Shown here one piece after another: positions 41,001 through 53,437 of a stretch of DNA of 64,000 nucleotides. Both the position numbers and the translations under genes were made by a program. The DNA comes from Aplysia californica (Eukaryota): contig NW_004797476.1 of the NCBI RefSeq assembly GCF_000002075.1, positions 123,327-187,326 on the forward strand. Direction: 5' to 3'. Each line of letters starts with the position of its first letter. The first letter of the stretch is position 1. The notes under the pieces were generated by a model. That model saw only the letters and a list, made by a program, of their open reading frames with translations, searched no databases and was not told the origin of the DNA.

Positions 41001-44000
41001 ATTTGTTCACGATCTTAAAGTCTGTTTGGTTTCCTCTTTTCAGACGATTGAGTGTCTGATTGCTCTGGCTACAGTTTTGAGAGAAAACAACACTTTGGAA
41101 GCACTCAACGTGAACCGGCCACTGTTGTGGACAGTCCAAGAGGAACCCACTGATCACTTCACTCGCATGATCAAGGTGAGCCAGAATGAGCGGAGAAATG
41201 AAATCAGTGTCTGTGGTGTAGTGGTTGGGCGTTTCGCCTCTGCATGGAAGAGAGGCGGGTTTGATTCCCACGTGGGAATAATTTTCATTGAGTATCCTGG
41301 TCTTTCTTTGTGGATGTAATATCACTCTTTGCCCAGGCTGACCCTGACAGGCAGGGTCAATGCTTACCTTCAAAATGAACTAAATCATGTCAATGATGAT
41401 GTAAAGTGATGCCCACATTAAGAAAACAAACAAGCAAACGAAATAAGTGACCATTTCATTTGCATGATCAAAGGTAAGACAAAAGTGAATGAATGGTTGG
41501 TTGACTATCTTAAAGAGAAATTTTTGTGAAGAGCTCTTCTCGCTGGACATTCGTGAGGGACTTTTGGATTACTTTATTCCTATAATGAACCTGATAAGTC
41601 AGACGGAAGGAATTAAAAAGAATGGACTCTTCACTGGTGCTGTTTTGGCCTGTTTAGCAGTTTTCATGATGTGGCCACTATGACGTGTCCAATGGCATGT
41701 CAAAAATAAGTCATTTTCCTTTTTCTTATGAAACTTTAGAGCTCTTGGTCTATATCTGAAGTTCTGTGAGTATGCTAGAATTTGATGGTCTATGCTATGG
41801 TCCCACTGAGAAAGACTGGGGTGTTTTTGAGTTCAGGTCATATGAGGTTGATTTGTCTTTAAGTTCTATATGTTTATCAACTAGACTGTCTTGGAAAAGT
41901 TAATAGCTCAAATACAATTTGTGGTTTTGAAGAGTTACTTACATCTAAGCAATTCCATGTAAGCTCTGAAACAAAATCAAAGGTTATCTTTTGAGACGAC
42001 AGGTCTGTTAGTAAACAGACTAAAGATCAACAGAAAAGTAGAGCTTATTGTTGTATTGTCTTGCAGGTTAACAAAGGCCTGAAGGAACTGCACATGCAGA
42101 AATTCAACATGCGAGACTTTGGAGCTTGTCGCTTTGCTGAGAACCTCATGCACAACTTTACACTGACGTATCTCAATCTCAACTGGTGAGTCTCAGAACA
42201 GATGTAATGATTGTCGCAGGCATAAGACTCAGATGCCTCTGTGTTTCCAACAAAATTTCTGCAAATGGAAATAAACACCTTTCCTGTTGTTAGCATGGAT
42301 TTTTTTGTCCAACAACAATAATAATAAATATAGTCTGACTGTCAATTTCAGACAATGACCAATGCATCTGCAGAGGAAAATGTTTCTAAAAGCAAAATAA
42401 AAGAAAGAAAAAAATGACTTGTGGCCTATAAAGCCAATTCTGGAAAAGAAGCGTTAGCCACATTTTGGGCATTTAAAAGCTCAATTTCCACTTGATGTTG
42501 GACTTGGCAAAAGGTCAAGTACATGGGCCCTATTAGGTGCTTCAAGTTTATGGTCTTATTCGGATAAGACAGGCATTCATTAACAATGAGCAATTAATTT
42601 GGTGAGTGAGTAAATATCTTGATATTGTAACACTAAGAAGATGCAAGTAGAAGATTTGTTTTGATTAATCTTTGTTAGTGTTTAGTTCTATTCATATTTA
42701 ACGCTCTCTATAGGCTGTCCTGGACGATCAAAGACATACCCTTTTCCCACTCTCTTGGCATAAAGAAAACAGATTTTGAAGCTGTTTATATTTTTGTCAC
42801 TGTCCATATCGTTCAGCAAATGTAAGCCGAAATAAACCCTCAAAACATAAATGTCTATAGTATAACATGGATAGCTCAAATTCGTTGGGACCGGCCTTTA
42901 TAGTTCGAGGGATCCGTAGTTCAAGGGATATCACACAAAGATAAAGAAGAAGAAAAAAAATGGGACCGCAGGCACAGTTCAACGGATGCTTGATTTCGGG
43001 TCTTCTATTTTTGACCTATCAGTGTTATACTGTGTACTTTCTTATGTAGCTTACATATTTTGCGGAAACACATCCTTTGACATCTGTTCTATTGGNNNNN
43101 NNNNNNNNNNNNNNNNNNNNNNNNNNNNNNNNNNNNNNNNNNNNNNNNNNNNNNNNNNNNNNNNNNNNNNNNNNNNNNNNNNNNNNNNNNNNNNNTGCAG
43201 GCACTTTTATTAGTCTACTGAACTTCAATATATATAAAGTGGAGTCCATTTAAACAGAAATCTGTGGGGCCACCAGATTTTTGCTTTTGCCAGTCCTCGA
43301 GGCATCATGTTTGGACAAAGACTATTATTATGTTGGCAATTTTGATTCTGACCAACCTAAGAAGCAAAATGTTGAGCAGTTGTCATGTCTGAAAACATAT
43401 TACTTTGTTTACAGCCGAAGTCTCCATATTTTCATTCTACTTCATCATTCATTACTTTTCTCACCCTAGGCTAGGGTATGGGCCACGAACCAACTCATTC
43501 CACCTTTCCCTATCCTGGGCTAGCCTCTTGATGTTATTCCTTGTCTTCCCACTTTTTCGTACGTCGGTTTCTGTAACTCTTCTCCAGGTTCAATGTGGTC
43601 TTTCCCTTTATTTTTTACCCTGTGGGTTCCAATCCAACACTTTCCTTGTTATGCAACTGCCTGACTTCTTGAGAGCATGTCAAATCCATCGGCACTTCCT
43701 TCTTCCCAGCTCGTCTCTGACTGGGCTCTGTCTTGTTCTTCTTAACACTTTCTCGTTGGTGACCCATCAGAAATAATGCCCTACAATAATGGTGAAGATG
43801 CTCTGTGTGTTGGGTGTCTCCAGCAACCGCATCACCCGAGATGGGATGAAGGAGCTAGCCAAGGTGCTCAAGCTCAACACGGGGCTCAAATGCCTGGACC
43901 TGGGCTACAACCGGCTAGAGGATGATGGAGCTATCTCATTGGCCGAGGCCATCGGCACTTACAATACAACACTTGAGTGGTAAGTAATTACTTGCCCTTG

Positions 44001-47000
44001 TCTGAGTTGTCTCTTTTGATAGTCTTATCTAACAGCCCCCTGTCCAAGACAATCACCTTTACAAATGACCATTTCCCAATTGCATTATCAATCATTATCT
44101 TTAACTAGCGACACTGTTGAAGATGTCCACCTGGGCTGTGCTGGGCGCATTTCTTTACAACAACTTTGATTTCAAATTACTTTTTGGCAATTGCCGTAAA
44201 CAAATCTTTTTTATACGGAGATCAATCATTTGATGAAGAACTGTCGAAATAGGTTCACTTTAAAAAAATTAAATGACCAGTTTAGTGACCTATTTGTCAA
44301 TTTTAGATTTCGTACCCAAATAAGACCCAGGCATACAGTAGTCTCCGCCTAAACGCACGCCATACAAAAGCACGCTCCGCTCAAACGAACGCTTTCGTCA
44401 TCTGACGGGATTTTCACTATATAATTTAGACATACAAACGCACGGTCACTCCCTCTAAACGCACTCTCCGATTTGCGAAACACGCCGACAAGAAAAGCCC
44501 GACAAGGGAAATTTTTCACTACAACCTGCACAGCCTGCATAAGACAAGCCTAGAAAATTGGTGAGCATGCCCCTCACGCCGAACAAAGAGAGTGATGGAC
44601 AGCGTTTTCACATCCAACTTTCCATTGACACATTCACATATAATGTATCTTTGAGAGAAAGTTTCTGACTAGTGTGTGGGTGACTGCGTGTAATGTTTAG
44701 TTAGACCTAGACCTGATGCGGGACACGTGTAAATGCCGTAAAACACTAGACAGGCCTCTATAGGATTAAATATGAGCTGCGTTCGAAGAACTTATAACGT
44801 ACTTGTTCAACGAATCACAAGAGAAATGTTTCTCTAAATGTAGAGATCTATGATTCTGCATGAATTTACGGTCGGGGTGGTCATTTGGAAAGCCACGTGG
44901 CTGGGCCGTCGTCTCTATTACTAGATCTATGACTATCTCAAACAGTTTCCTCTTACGCTATCTGTTCCCGATGTTTATAGTGCATTATATTCATTACATT
45001 GAGTCTGTCTCCCTCCCTCCCCCCCACCCATTCAACGCCTTTGTATTCTTAAACCCAGTGGGGGAATCCTTCACAAAACAGTCACGTATTGTCACATTAT
45101 CGGCCAAAAGGCCCCCCACCCTCCAAGGGAGGTCACTAGAGTAATAAGGCATTGAGATGACTGCATCCCTTCCTCCCTTTGCAAAGGTTCATGTAAACCC
45201 ACGCTCTGTATAAACACACGCTAAGGAGCCCTCCCGAGCACCGTGCGTTTAGGCAGAGACTACTGTAGTGGGTTTACCCCCCCTCACGGAGATAAAGAGT
45301 TGAGACAGCCATATTTCTCCTAAACAATAGATGGCTGTCATGGTCAATTTTGACTGTATTAATTTCAAACCTTCTATTTTTCTCTTTTCCTCAGTTTGAA
45401 CATCGTATACAACAACATTGGCCCTAAGGGACTCTGTGCCATTGCTGAAGCTCTCAACTTTAACTCAGCCCTGACCTCTCTCTACATCTGGGGAAATCAC
45501 TTTGACGATGCAGTAAACATGGTCAGTTGCTTGTCCTCAATGTTGTCATTATTTTTATTATTATTATGATTATTATTCAGTCGTGCATTCTCGGCATTGA
45601 GAAGAATAGGACTGACGTGGTGCTAGTGTGTCGTACAAGGTGACTAAATGGCGAACCAGGTAGTGACTCTGAAAACAGAGTCATCCTCCCTCCAGGTCGA
45701 GGGTTGAGTCATGTGGCTAACAACCTCTTCTGTCAAAAAAACCTGTTCCTGAAACACATGCAAGCAAAAACCATTATCTCTGCTTGGCTGGTCGTAGATC
45801 TTCTCCAAATGGAGAGTTTATGGAGTGAGGCTCTAAAAGCCGAAAGGAAGCTGCTAGGCAGAAGCCTCCACCATCATTCAAGTCCAAGTCTCTTCGGATT
45901 GGATCGTGGAATGTTATGTGTGGAAAGGGACATGAGAGAGATGAAGCTCACTTGGAACGAGCTTGGAAGAATGGCCCAGGACAGAGATAAATGGAAGGAG
46001 CTTGTATATGCCAGGAGGGAGAGGCATTGATGATAATGATTATTGCTATTGTTATTATTATTATTTTTAATTATATTATTATTGATATTACTATCATCGT
46101 TATTATCATTCTTCTTTTTCTTCTTCTTCTCCTCGTTATTATTATTATTATATTTTTTTTTTCATTATTATTATATATTATTGTTATTATTATTTTTTAA
46201 ATTATAAGTTTGTGATTTATTTCTAGACTTCAGCAATTGATTCTTAGCCATTAGTCACCGGTGTCGACTTAAGTGTAATGATTTGGCCAGACTAGACTTG
46301 TCAACCGTCCTGTTGCCAACGCCCACTTTTGCCACCTTGATGCTGAAATGTTTGTACCGCCCACCAATATGTATTGACAAGTGGGACATTAAGTGATACC
46401 TGTCACTGCATTTTGCTATTTATTATTGTTCAGTCATAATGACTTGCATGCTTATAGTGCATATATTTCATTGGCCAGCTGTACACATGTACTAATCACA
46501 ACATTTTGAATAAAAAAAAAAAAATACAGTTTCATAATCTGTAGTACTCTTTGCATGTATTCCAAAATATTTTGTTAGAATTTTAATTCTGAATGTTAAA
46601 AAAAGCAAAAAAAGAAACAGAATATTGGGTACTTTTGTGAAAATAATGAAACCAACTTTTTTTCCTCTTTCCCCCCAAAATTTGGCTTTCTGGGCTTAGA
46701 ACAGTTGCTGAGAATTTATTTAACAACACAGACACAGTGGCCGATGTATTAAATTGTTGTTGTATTTCATCAAGTAAAACAATGTCACAATGCCACAACT
46801 TAGGATCTCACCTCTTTGTTGAGAGTATTCAATTATTGTTATTTCATGGGGGGGGGGGGGGGGGGGGGGGGGGTGTGAAGAGGTGTGAGGTGACACACAA
46901 ACTCAGATGTATTACATATTTGCTCTATCTCATCGAATGAAACCTAGTTACAAGGCTATAGCTTAGGGTCTCACGCACCTCCTTGTTGAGTCAGAAAAGG

Positions 47001-47441
47001 AATAGAATTCTCTTATATAGTTATTTCGTTGTTTTTTTTTAGGGGTGGGGAGAGCGGGTGATGGGAGGGGGAGGGGAGGGTGGGTGAGGAGAACGGGTGA
47101 GGGGGGATGGGGGGTGAGATGATGCGGCTCATAACACTGCAGCAAGTTACACACCATCATTATCTTTTATCTTCCATGTGTTCTTTCCTCATCAGGCTTT
47201 TTCAACCCACCTCCACTCTGAGCGCCTGCAGGAGCAGAACTGTGACATCGGGTCGTACGTCGTCGACGGCAAAGTCTACCTCAACCAAACAGGCTTCCTT
47301 ATCCGGCGGCACTACTACTACGCGCCCATATTTGGTGATGATGTCCCAGAGTGGCAGATACGTGGGGAGCAGGTGCGGAGAGCGGACCATACTGTGCCCA
47401 TTGTACACCATGAGAACGATCCGCTCGTTTTGAAATCCTAA
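32754..47441 (+). CDS. LRRC34: Leucine-rich repeat-containing protein 34, spliced CDS of 432 aa
   Basis: Exons 32754-32869, 37227-37416, 38260-38343, 39057-39185, 41044-41175, 42067-42185, 43824-43979, 45395-45521 and 47196-47441 total 1299 nt in frame, all GT-AG. RI-like LRRs (IDLRYNNITDQG, LNGNKIGNAGGM, LNVNRPLL, LDLGYNRLEDDGA, LYIWGNHF) and the C-terminal YVVDGKVYL..RRHYY are characteristic of LRRC34. Confidence 0.9.
37227..37416 (+). CDS. LRRC34: LRRC34 coding exon 2
   Basis: EFQESMHLYLAGDHP...SIDLRYNNITDQGCNALGKLLS; CAG/GTAAGT borders. Confidence 0.9.
37472..37722. mobile_element. ~250-bp MITE, copy in LRRC34 intron
   Basis: Perfect AAGT TSD; internal AAGACCATGAGG...AAATGTTCTATCT...GAAAAAGCTTG...AAATTTCTCAAA shared with the family. 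Confidence 0.75.
38260..38343 (+). CDS. LRRC34: LRRC34 coding exon 3 (one 28-aa LRR)
   Basis: TNKFIEELNVMCNDFGAEGAAALAKSLF; CACAG/GTGAGT borders. Confidence 0.9.
39057..39185 (+). CDS. LRRC34: LRRC34 coding exon 4
   Basis: NNTTLKVLRLNGNKIGNAGGMAFAQMLQINTTLKSLDIGDADL; CCAG/GTACTT borders. Confidence 0.9.
39502..40244. mobile_element. TTAA-flanked Kolobok-like non-autonomous element
   Basis: TTAA|GGGAAGAC ... GTCTCCCC|TTAA; a 35-bp internal segment recurs at about 43058-43093, next to a gap. Confidence 0.55.
41044..41175 (+). CDS. LRRC34: LRRC34 coding exon 5
   Basis: TIECLIALATVLRENNTLEALNVNRPLL...FTRMIK; TTTCAG/GTGAGC borders. Confidence 0.9.
41208..41440 (+). mobile_element. tRNA-derived SINE in the LRRC34 intron after coding exon 5
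   Basis: Head GTCTGTGGTGTAGTGGTT...GGGTTTGATTCCC (A/B boxes) and an AAAC-type tail. Confidence 0.65.
42067..42185 (+). CDS. LRRC34: LRRC34 coding exon 6
   Basis: VNKGLKELHMQKFNMRDFGACRFAENLMHNFTLTYLNLN; TGCAG/GTGAGT borders. Confidence 0.9.
43440..43790 (-). mobile_element. RTE-clade LINE 3' fragment
   Basis: Minus strand translates to VTNEKVLRRT..RRKCRWI*HAL...RKVLDWNPQGKK.RERP..TWRR....KRLAQDRERWNELV, a typical RTE ORF C-terminus. Confidence 0.8.
43824..43979 (+). CDS. LRRC34: LRRC34 coding exon 7
   Basis: (C)NRITRDGMKELAKVLKLNTGLKCLDLGYNRLEDDGA...NTTLE; CCAG/GTAAGT borders. Confidence 0.9.
44336..45265. mobile_element. Tc1/mariner-type MITE
   Basis: 24-bp TIR CAGTAGTCTC(C/T)GCCTAAACGCACG, TA TSD; empty-site paralogue near 22395. 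Confidence 0.88.
45395..45521 (+). CDS. LRRC34: LRRC34 coding exon 8
   Basis: (C)LNIVYNNIGPKGLCAIAEALNFNSALTSLYIWGNHFDDAVNM; CTCAG/GTCAGT borders. Confidence 0.9.
45590..46030 (+). mobile_element. Internally deleted RTE-derived element (5'UTR-like part joined to the ORF 3' end) followed by a (TAT/TGA)n tail
   Basis: RTE 5'UTR-like motifs GTGTCGTACAAGGTGACTAAA and CTCCAGGTCGAGGGTTGAG..GGCTAACAACC; 3' peptide ERDMREMKLTWNELGRMAQDRDKWKELV. Confidence 0.6.
47196..47441 (+). CDS. LRRC34: LRRC34 last coding exon
   Basis: AFSTHLHSERL...YVVDGKVYLNQTGFLIRRHYYYAP...LKS, stop TAA; ATCAG acceptor. Confidence 0.9.
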   Translation, partial: AFSTHLHSERLQEQNCDIGSYVVDGKVYLNQTGFLIRRHYYYAPIFGDDVPEWQIRGEQVRRADHTVPIVHHENDPLVLKS

Positions 47442-47537
47442 TTGGCATAATTTACAGGAAAGATGAATAATTAGGCTACATACTGTTGGGAACAAGCTGT
47501 AGAGGCAATGTGAAAGTAATATAGTGGATTCCGTTTA

Positions 47538-47543
47538 AATAAA
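47538..47543 (+). terminator. Candidate LRRC34 polyadenylation signal AATAAA
   Basis: AATAAA about 100 nt after the stop codon, followed by a GT-containing segment; alternative signal at 47941. Confidence 0.4.
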
Positions 47544-48466
47544 ATGTGGTTAATCTGATAACTGTGGTAAACTGAACAAAAATATAATCCCTGATTTTCT
47601 TTTCATCTACTATTGGAGCAACTTCTCTAAACTGTAAACCCAGCTAAACCATAGAAAATCAGACGGTCCCACAGGTTTTAGTTTGAGTGGATTCCTTTGT
47701 ATATGTTTGTGATCAAAGGTTTTACGAATCACACAACGCATACACCACTCCTCCTGACGAAATACTAGCCTTTACTACTTATGAGCAATTACCGGTATAT
47801 CAATATTGCCATCAATGCTGATAAAGATGTTTCGTTTTATTTCTCAAATAGAGTTTCTATTAGAATCCCCTACCTTTTCTCTCACTCTTTGTACCTGGGA
47901 TACATCACTCTCTAAAAATTGCATCCTTTGTGCGTTTTTAAATAAAAAATTGCCATAGACATGTTAAGGACGTGTAATGTCATGTCTCTAATGGAGGAGT
48001 GAGCCATCTTGCAGTACATTTTTTGGTATGACTGAAGGTTGAAATATTCTTGTTCCTAGTACTAGTAGTCCCTACGTAAAACGAAGGGCAGTCAAGTGGA
48101 TCCTCAATACAGCTTGGACTGGTGTAGGGAGGAAGTAGTACAGGTGGCTTGGGGATTTGGAGGGGGGGGGGGAGCAACAGACTGACCACTGTAGATGGTC
48201 AGCATTTTGATCCAAATGGGGGATTGATTGATACAATCATAACAACTGCCCTTTCCAGGACTGGTCAGTCAGTCCCTTAGCACTTTGTCATAACATCTCG
48301 CCAATTGGCGATGCTTACTGTCCTGTTTCTTTGGGTTTCCCCCAAAATGCCTTTGCCTTTAATGGCAAGGGTTTTTACTATAAGAGCCTTGTGATAGCAA
48401 AGTGTTAAACCATGACAAGAACACTCAACTTTCTTTCAAGCAATGTCTATTTCTTATTGTTTAGAA

Positions 48467-48828
48467 CAGGCATGGGCAAGCGTAGCTATTTTGTGGGATG
48501 GATTCTAAATATTTTGTGTGCTGATGCAGGAGAATACTGGATGAAATCGATTGAAATACTTATGCTCTCAAAAGTGAGACTAATATTAGAACATTAGCAT
48601 GTCACTCACGGGCATTTCATAAGATAGAATATTAGGTCTATTGCTTCCAGCTGGACTGGGAACTATTGATTAAAATTAAAATTTTTGGGGTGAATAAATC
48701 TATTTCTACCTTTTTGCTTGCCACATTCACTGTTGGTATTAATTACTAGTTTGACTCGTTGGCTGGACTGAAATTGCGCTCTAGCTGAATATGGTCTGAG
48801 GGCTGTTGTTGTAGTTTGCCCATTCCTG
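48467..48828. mobile_element. hAT-type MITE (older copy at 24555-24945)
   Basis: CAGGCATGGGCAA / TTGCCCATTCCTG ends with perfect 8-bp TSD GTTTAGAA. Confidence 0.82.
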
Positions 48829-51531
48829 GTTTAGAAATTCCAAATGATCAGAGCAGCCCAAATGAATTAAGAAAAATAAGAATAAATCACAGAGCACAGC
48901 ATGACATCTCATCTTCACAGCTCTCTTGCGAGTAGTTATCGTGGCTTTCCACCATCGAGGTGAGAAACTGACCCTACTCTACTCTACTGGACCTTTCGTC
49001 TTTAATGATGTAACTTGAAGACTCTCGAAGAAATCTGAGCACTATGGAATCACTGATATTCATTCTATGATGACATCTGACAGTGTAAGATAGTACTTGT
49101 AACTTGCAATGCAGCATCAGACTTTGAGCATAGATCCGTAAACTTATCTCATTGAGCCTTTTGTTTTTGTAGATGGAAAGGATAAGATTCACATAACATT
49201 TTATGTTTTTTTATCTTTCTGAATTCATTCAATTCAAGTGCTTGCCTCGAAATCAGACAAAGACTTCAATTGTATAGCCTATAATCACTGTCCTTGCTAA
49301 GATAGATGCAGGCCTTTTTTTAGAAAGCTCTGTGTTTGAAATCGTTCCCCTAGACTTTGATTGTATATGGAATCTTTAGTATAGGATTAGGAGAATTTAA
49401 GATTTCAAAACTGATCTCTATGATAGGGGAAAAAAAGTCAATGAATACAAAGTGTATGTTGTATGCGGGCAGGAGAACAACAGTACCCCCATAAACATGT
49501 AAATATAATACGGATAATATTATCTTGGTGTGATATGTGCAGCTTATTTCTTACATATTGTAAAGAAAAACCAGTGTATGGATTTGTGAATCACAATTTT
49601 GGGGGCAGCAAAAGTACAAGAAGTCGTCCTTGTGTTGCCTGTATGAATGTGGTGAAAGTGTGAATATTGGAATGTACAGTTTGAATGAATTTATTAAAAA
49701 AATGGAACTTGTCTTATGTATTCTTGAAGTTTTTTTTTCATAAATTTTAATAAGATTGCCACACAAATACATCATATTTAATAAGTGCTGAAGATTAGAG
49801 GTGTTACTAGTATAATACTAGAGTTGTAGTTGTTGCTGGATCGATAACAACAACAACAGTTGTAGTTGTAGAAATTTTATGCCCCGTCGGACACAATCTT
49901 GACTTGATCTTTGGGGCAGACTTTGACCCTGCCCATCAGGGCAATTTAGGGTATTTTGACACTAGTAAAAATTCCACTGTCTCAGAAGTGTTGAGTCAAG
50001 GTTGAAAGAATACTTAACCCCTTCGTGACAGCTCCCGTACACCATACATCCAACATTGTGTTCCATGATACCGTCCTCCTAGTACGTCCTAAAATCAGCC
50101 GATTATGGCAATCGCGTGGACCTTACTATATACATACACCGTAAGGGATTTTATAACTGCACTACAATAGCTTTGAATGTCCTGGCTATCTAAAATTGGG
50201 TACAGTAAAAGTTGGAAAAACCATACGCCATAAAGTGGTTAAACCACAGATGGACTTCCTGCAGATTTATACTTGTACTGTCAGATGTGCTCATCCCGTA
50301 CTAGACACAGGGTTGTTGGTGGTTGGAAGGTGCTCTGGTGTGGTTTGCTCCTTCTTTCCTATCAAATATCTATCGTCCTAATCTCTCCTCCTTTTGTTGT
50401 TTATTTTTGTCGCACCCTTGTAACACCTCTAATCTTCAGCACTTATGACCTAATTAAAACAGACCCCCCCCGGGGTTAGCAATATTATTACGGACTAGTT
50501 GGTTACCCCGTTTGATGAACGGACTCAAAAGAATCGATCGTCACGTCATTGTGGGACCAGTGCGCACTGCATCTTGTTTACAATGGCGCCTAAGAAGACA
50601 GACTTTCCCAAGATTAGATCTAAACGAAACTAATGAAAAACTGATAATCAAACTACAGTGACTTCTGACTCCTTAATATAACTGCACCCTTTAAATGATT
50701 CTGAACCACCATTACTTTTTTCAAATTTGAAAGTTGAGTGGTTAGAAAATTTTAAAGCAACTAAAGTGACGAACTTTCACAAATATAATATACAGACGAA
50801 GCTCACCCAGATTAATCACTCCTTTTTGTATCCACATGTTTGCACTAACTGCCGCCAGTCCAAGTTAATCTCCCGTACAAACCACCACTTCCCACCCTTT
50901 CATTTATTTATATTTCATTTAATTACACTGTCCATCACCATTTAAATAACTTAGTAGTGTTGACAAAGGAGTCAAACTTATACCATGACACTGTCCAAGA
51001 TGTAACATTTTTACCAAACAAGATGTCAACCTGTCCAGGACAATCGCTTTTCTCCTCGAAATGGGTAGTCGTCTTGGACAATTTCACGTGTACATAAGAA
51101 ATGATGAGCCATTTTCTCTCCTACAATATCAATAATATAATTAGTTCTGTTCCAAGACTGCAGAGAAAGGAGAAAGAACTGTTAAAATGGCAACTGAGAA
51201 CTTCTTGTTTGTTTGTTTGAGTAAAAAGAAGCATATCGATAAAACAATGGTCATTTAGTGCAAGAAAAATAAGACAGATAGAATCAAAGGAGGAAAAGTA
51301 AAGAAATAGGACCTACCAGTAGTGCCCTCTAACCACCCACTCTTAACTTCTGAGAATCTGTTTAGACAATTTACTATTATGTAGGACAACTGGAATGTCT
51401 TAAAAAAAACCCACACACATAGAAAAAGTAATAGATGACAAAATTGTGACTTGTTTACCACAAACAGAAGAAACACTCATTATGTCACATAAAACAAATC
51501 ATGTCTGAAAACTAAACTTTAAAATATTGTA

Positions 51532-51708
51532 CGGTGGAGTCTGCTTAAAGTGAACACAGTTAATCTGAAAACAGTGGTAATCCAGAACAAAAAATAAATA
51601 GAATCTCTCTTTTTTTTAAAAATTGAGCAATCTCTCCATACCAAAAACACAGCAAAATCAAAGAAAATCCAGGGGCCCTGCTGACGTCAGTTTAGACAGA
51701 CTCCACTG
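51532..51708. mobile_element. Short MITE (sister copy about 47522-47698)
   Basis: TIR CGGTGGAGTCTG / CAGACTCCACTG; internal GTTAATCTGA..AC.GTGGTAA shared with the 47522 copy. Confidence 0.6.
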
Positions 51709-51766
51709 CAATTTCAACAATCAGAATAAGGGAACTATGACTTCAACATCTTTCATTTAAATATGA

Positions 51767-51772
51767 TTTATT
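51767..51772 (-). terminator. Candidate distal ICMT polyadenylation signal
   Basis: TTTATT on + (AATAAA on -) near where retroposon orientation switches. Confidence 0.3.
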
Positions 51773-53437
51773 GACATACGCAACACATGTGTTCTCACAG
51801 CTTTCATACAGTTCAGTGTCGTGCTGGCTGTGCCTGGTGTAATTTACAAATTCTACTGAAATTTCCGATTTAAAAGCAACATGGCTCTTAAGAAACATCC
51901 CAAAACTTTTCAGAAATCATAAACTGGTCACAGATGACAAGTATATGTGTACATCTGTTAGGGTGAATATAAATCAAGGAAAAGAAGATATGTATTTGAA
52001 AGTCTTACATTTTCAAAGTTCTAGTAAGAGTTTGATGGCAGTTGCAACACTAATAGGTCATATAAGCGCCAAAGATTAAAAGTGTTACTTGAGTTTAAAA
52101 GATGAAAAAAAAGAAAAAGGAAAGGTGACGATATATGTTTTATAGGAAAATGCACCCGCCAACCGCATAACGCAAATGAAAGAAAAGACATCCTATAGTG
52201 AGCCGTGTCCAGAGGCTGATTAGTCATTGTCCACTTTAACTGGATCACTTTATTTCATTTGCACACGGATAAGGCGCTTTAAAAAAGTCAGAGGAAGTTA
52301 TGAACAACATGACGATCCAAACAGCAATACACCTGGCCCACATACCCCACATCTGACAATTACTACATCTCCCCTTGACACCCCATGATATAACAGGACA
52401 GAAAAAGTAAAGTGAAGTAAAGAGCAACTTGTGCTTCCAAAGTTGAAAATTCCTGCAATTAATATCCACTGACTTGTTGAAGTTTGCTTTTTTCTACAGC
52501 TTCTAGTCATGCAACACTACAAGCAAATGTAAACATCTTATAGGATATATGAATAATAAAATTAAAAAATACGCTAAAACAAACAGCAAATTTTCAAATC
52601 TGCAGTACATACTTTATGACGAAGGAAACTACAATGTGCAAATAAAATGAATGATCTTAGATCACAATAAAAAATACTGACTGCTGTACATAATTTAAGA
52701 TCTACTTTGCCTTGCCATTAGTACATAGTTATCAGCAAACAAAATGAGGAAAAAACAAAACCCAAACAAATAAACTGTTTCAGGAGAAAAACCATATAGA
52801 AATACAAAGTATACAAACAGAGGAAATAGTAAGTACAGAAAAAGGCCAATCAAATCGTAACCTTGCGGCAACCCCCCCCCCCCCCCCCAAACCAAGAGTA
52901 GAGAAGAAAAAAAGAAAGATCACCTACTATCAAGAATATGATGTGATATTAGGTTACAGATATAAAGTACGCCTGCAGGAATTGTATTGTAAGGTACAAA
53001 TATCTTTGGTAAGCAGTGTAAATGTTCTAATCCAAGAAAGCAATTTTTTTTCAGGAGGGAGAAAAAACCGATTCATTCTTTAAAAAGTTCTACCTAACTA
53101 CAATATTTATTTTTTTCTTGCTTTTTCCTGCTTATGGAACAATAATTTTGACAAGATTTTTCTTGAGCACATGCAACAGATACCATAGGTTAAGAAACTG
53201 CAATAACAATTTTTCCTCTCTAAAGTTTGGGTTTAGTACATCTAAACAGCTGTAAGGGTATATAAGATGAAGGACCTCTGAGAATAATAATGTAGGCTAC
53301 ATCTCTGATAGGACCCAGCTAAGTAAGTTGAGGCCATGAAAACTTCTCAAATGACCAAAGTTCAAGAATGCCTCATTTTGGGATTTGAACCAGGGCTCAC
53401 CTGCACCACATTCTGGCAAAATACTAGCTGAGCAAAT

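Noticed and set aside
50540-50632. Promoter-like motif cluster with ATGGCGCCTAAGAAG (MAPKK...)
   Set aside because: The ORF stops after 16 codons with no donor; more likely the decayed 5' part of a TTAA-type transposon starting near 50018
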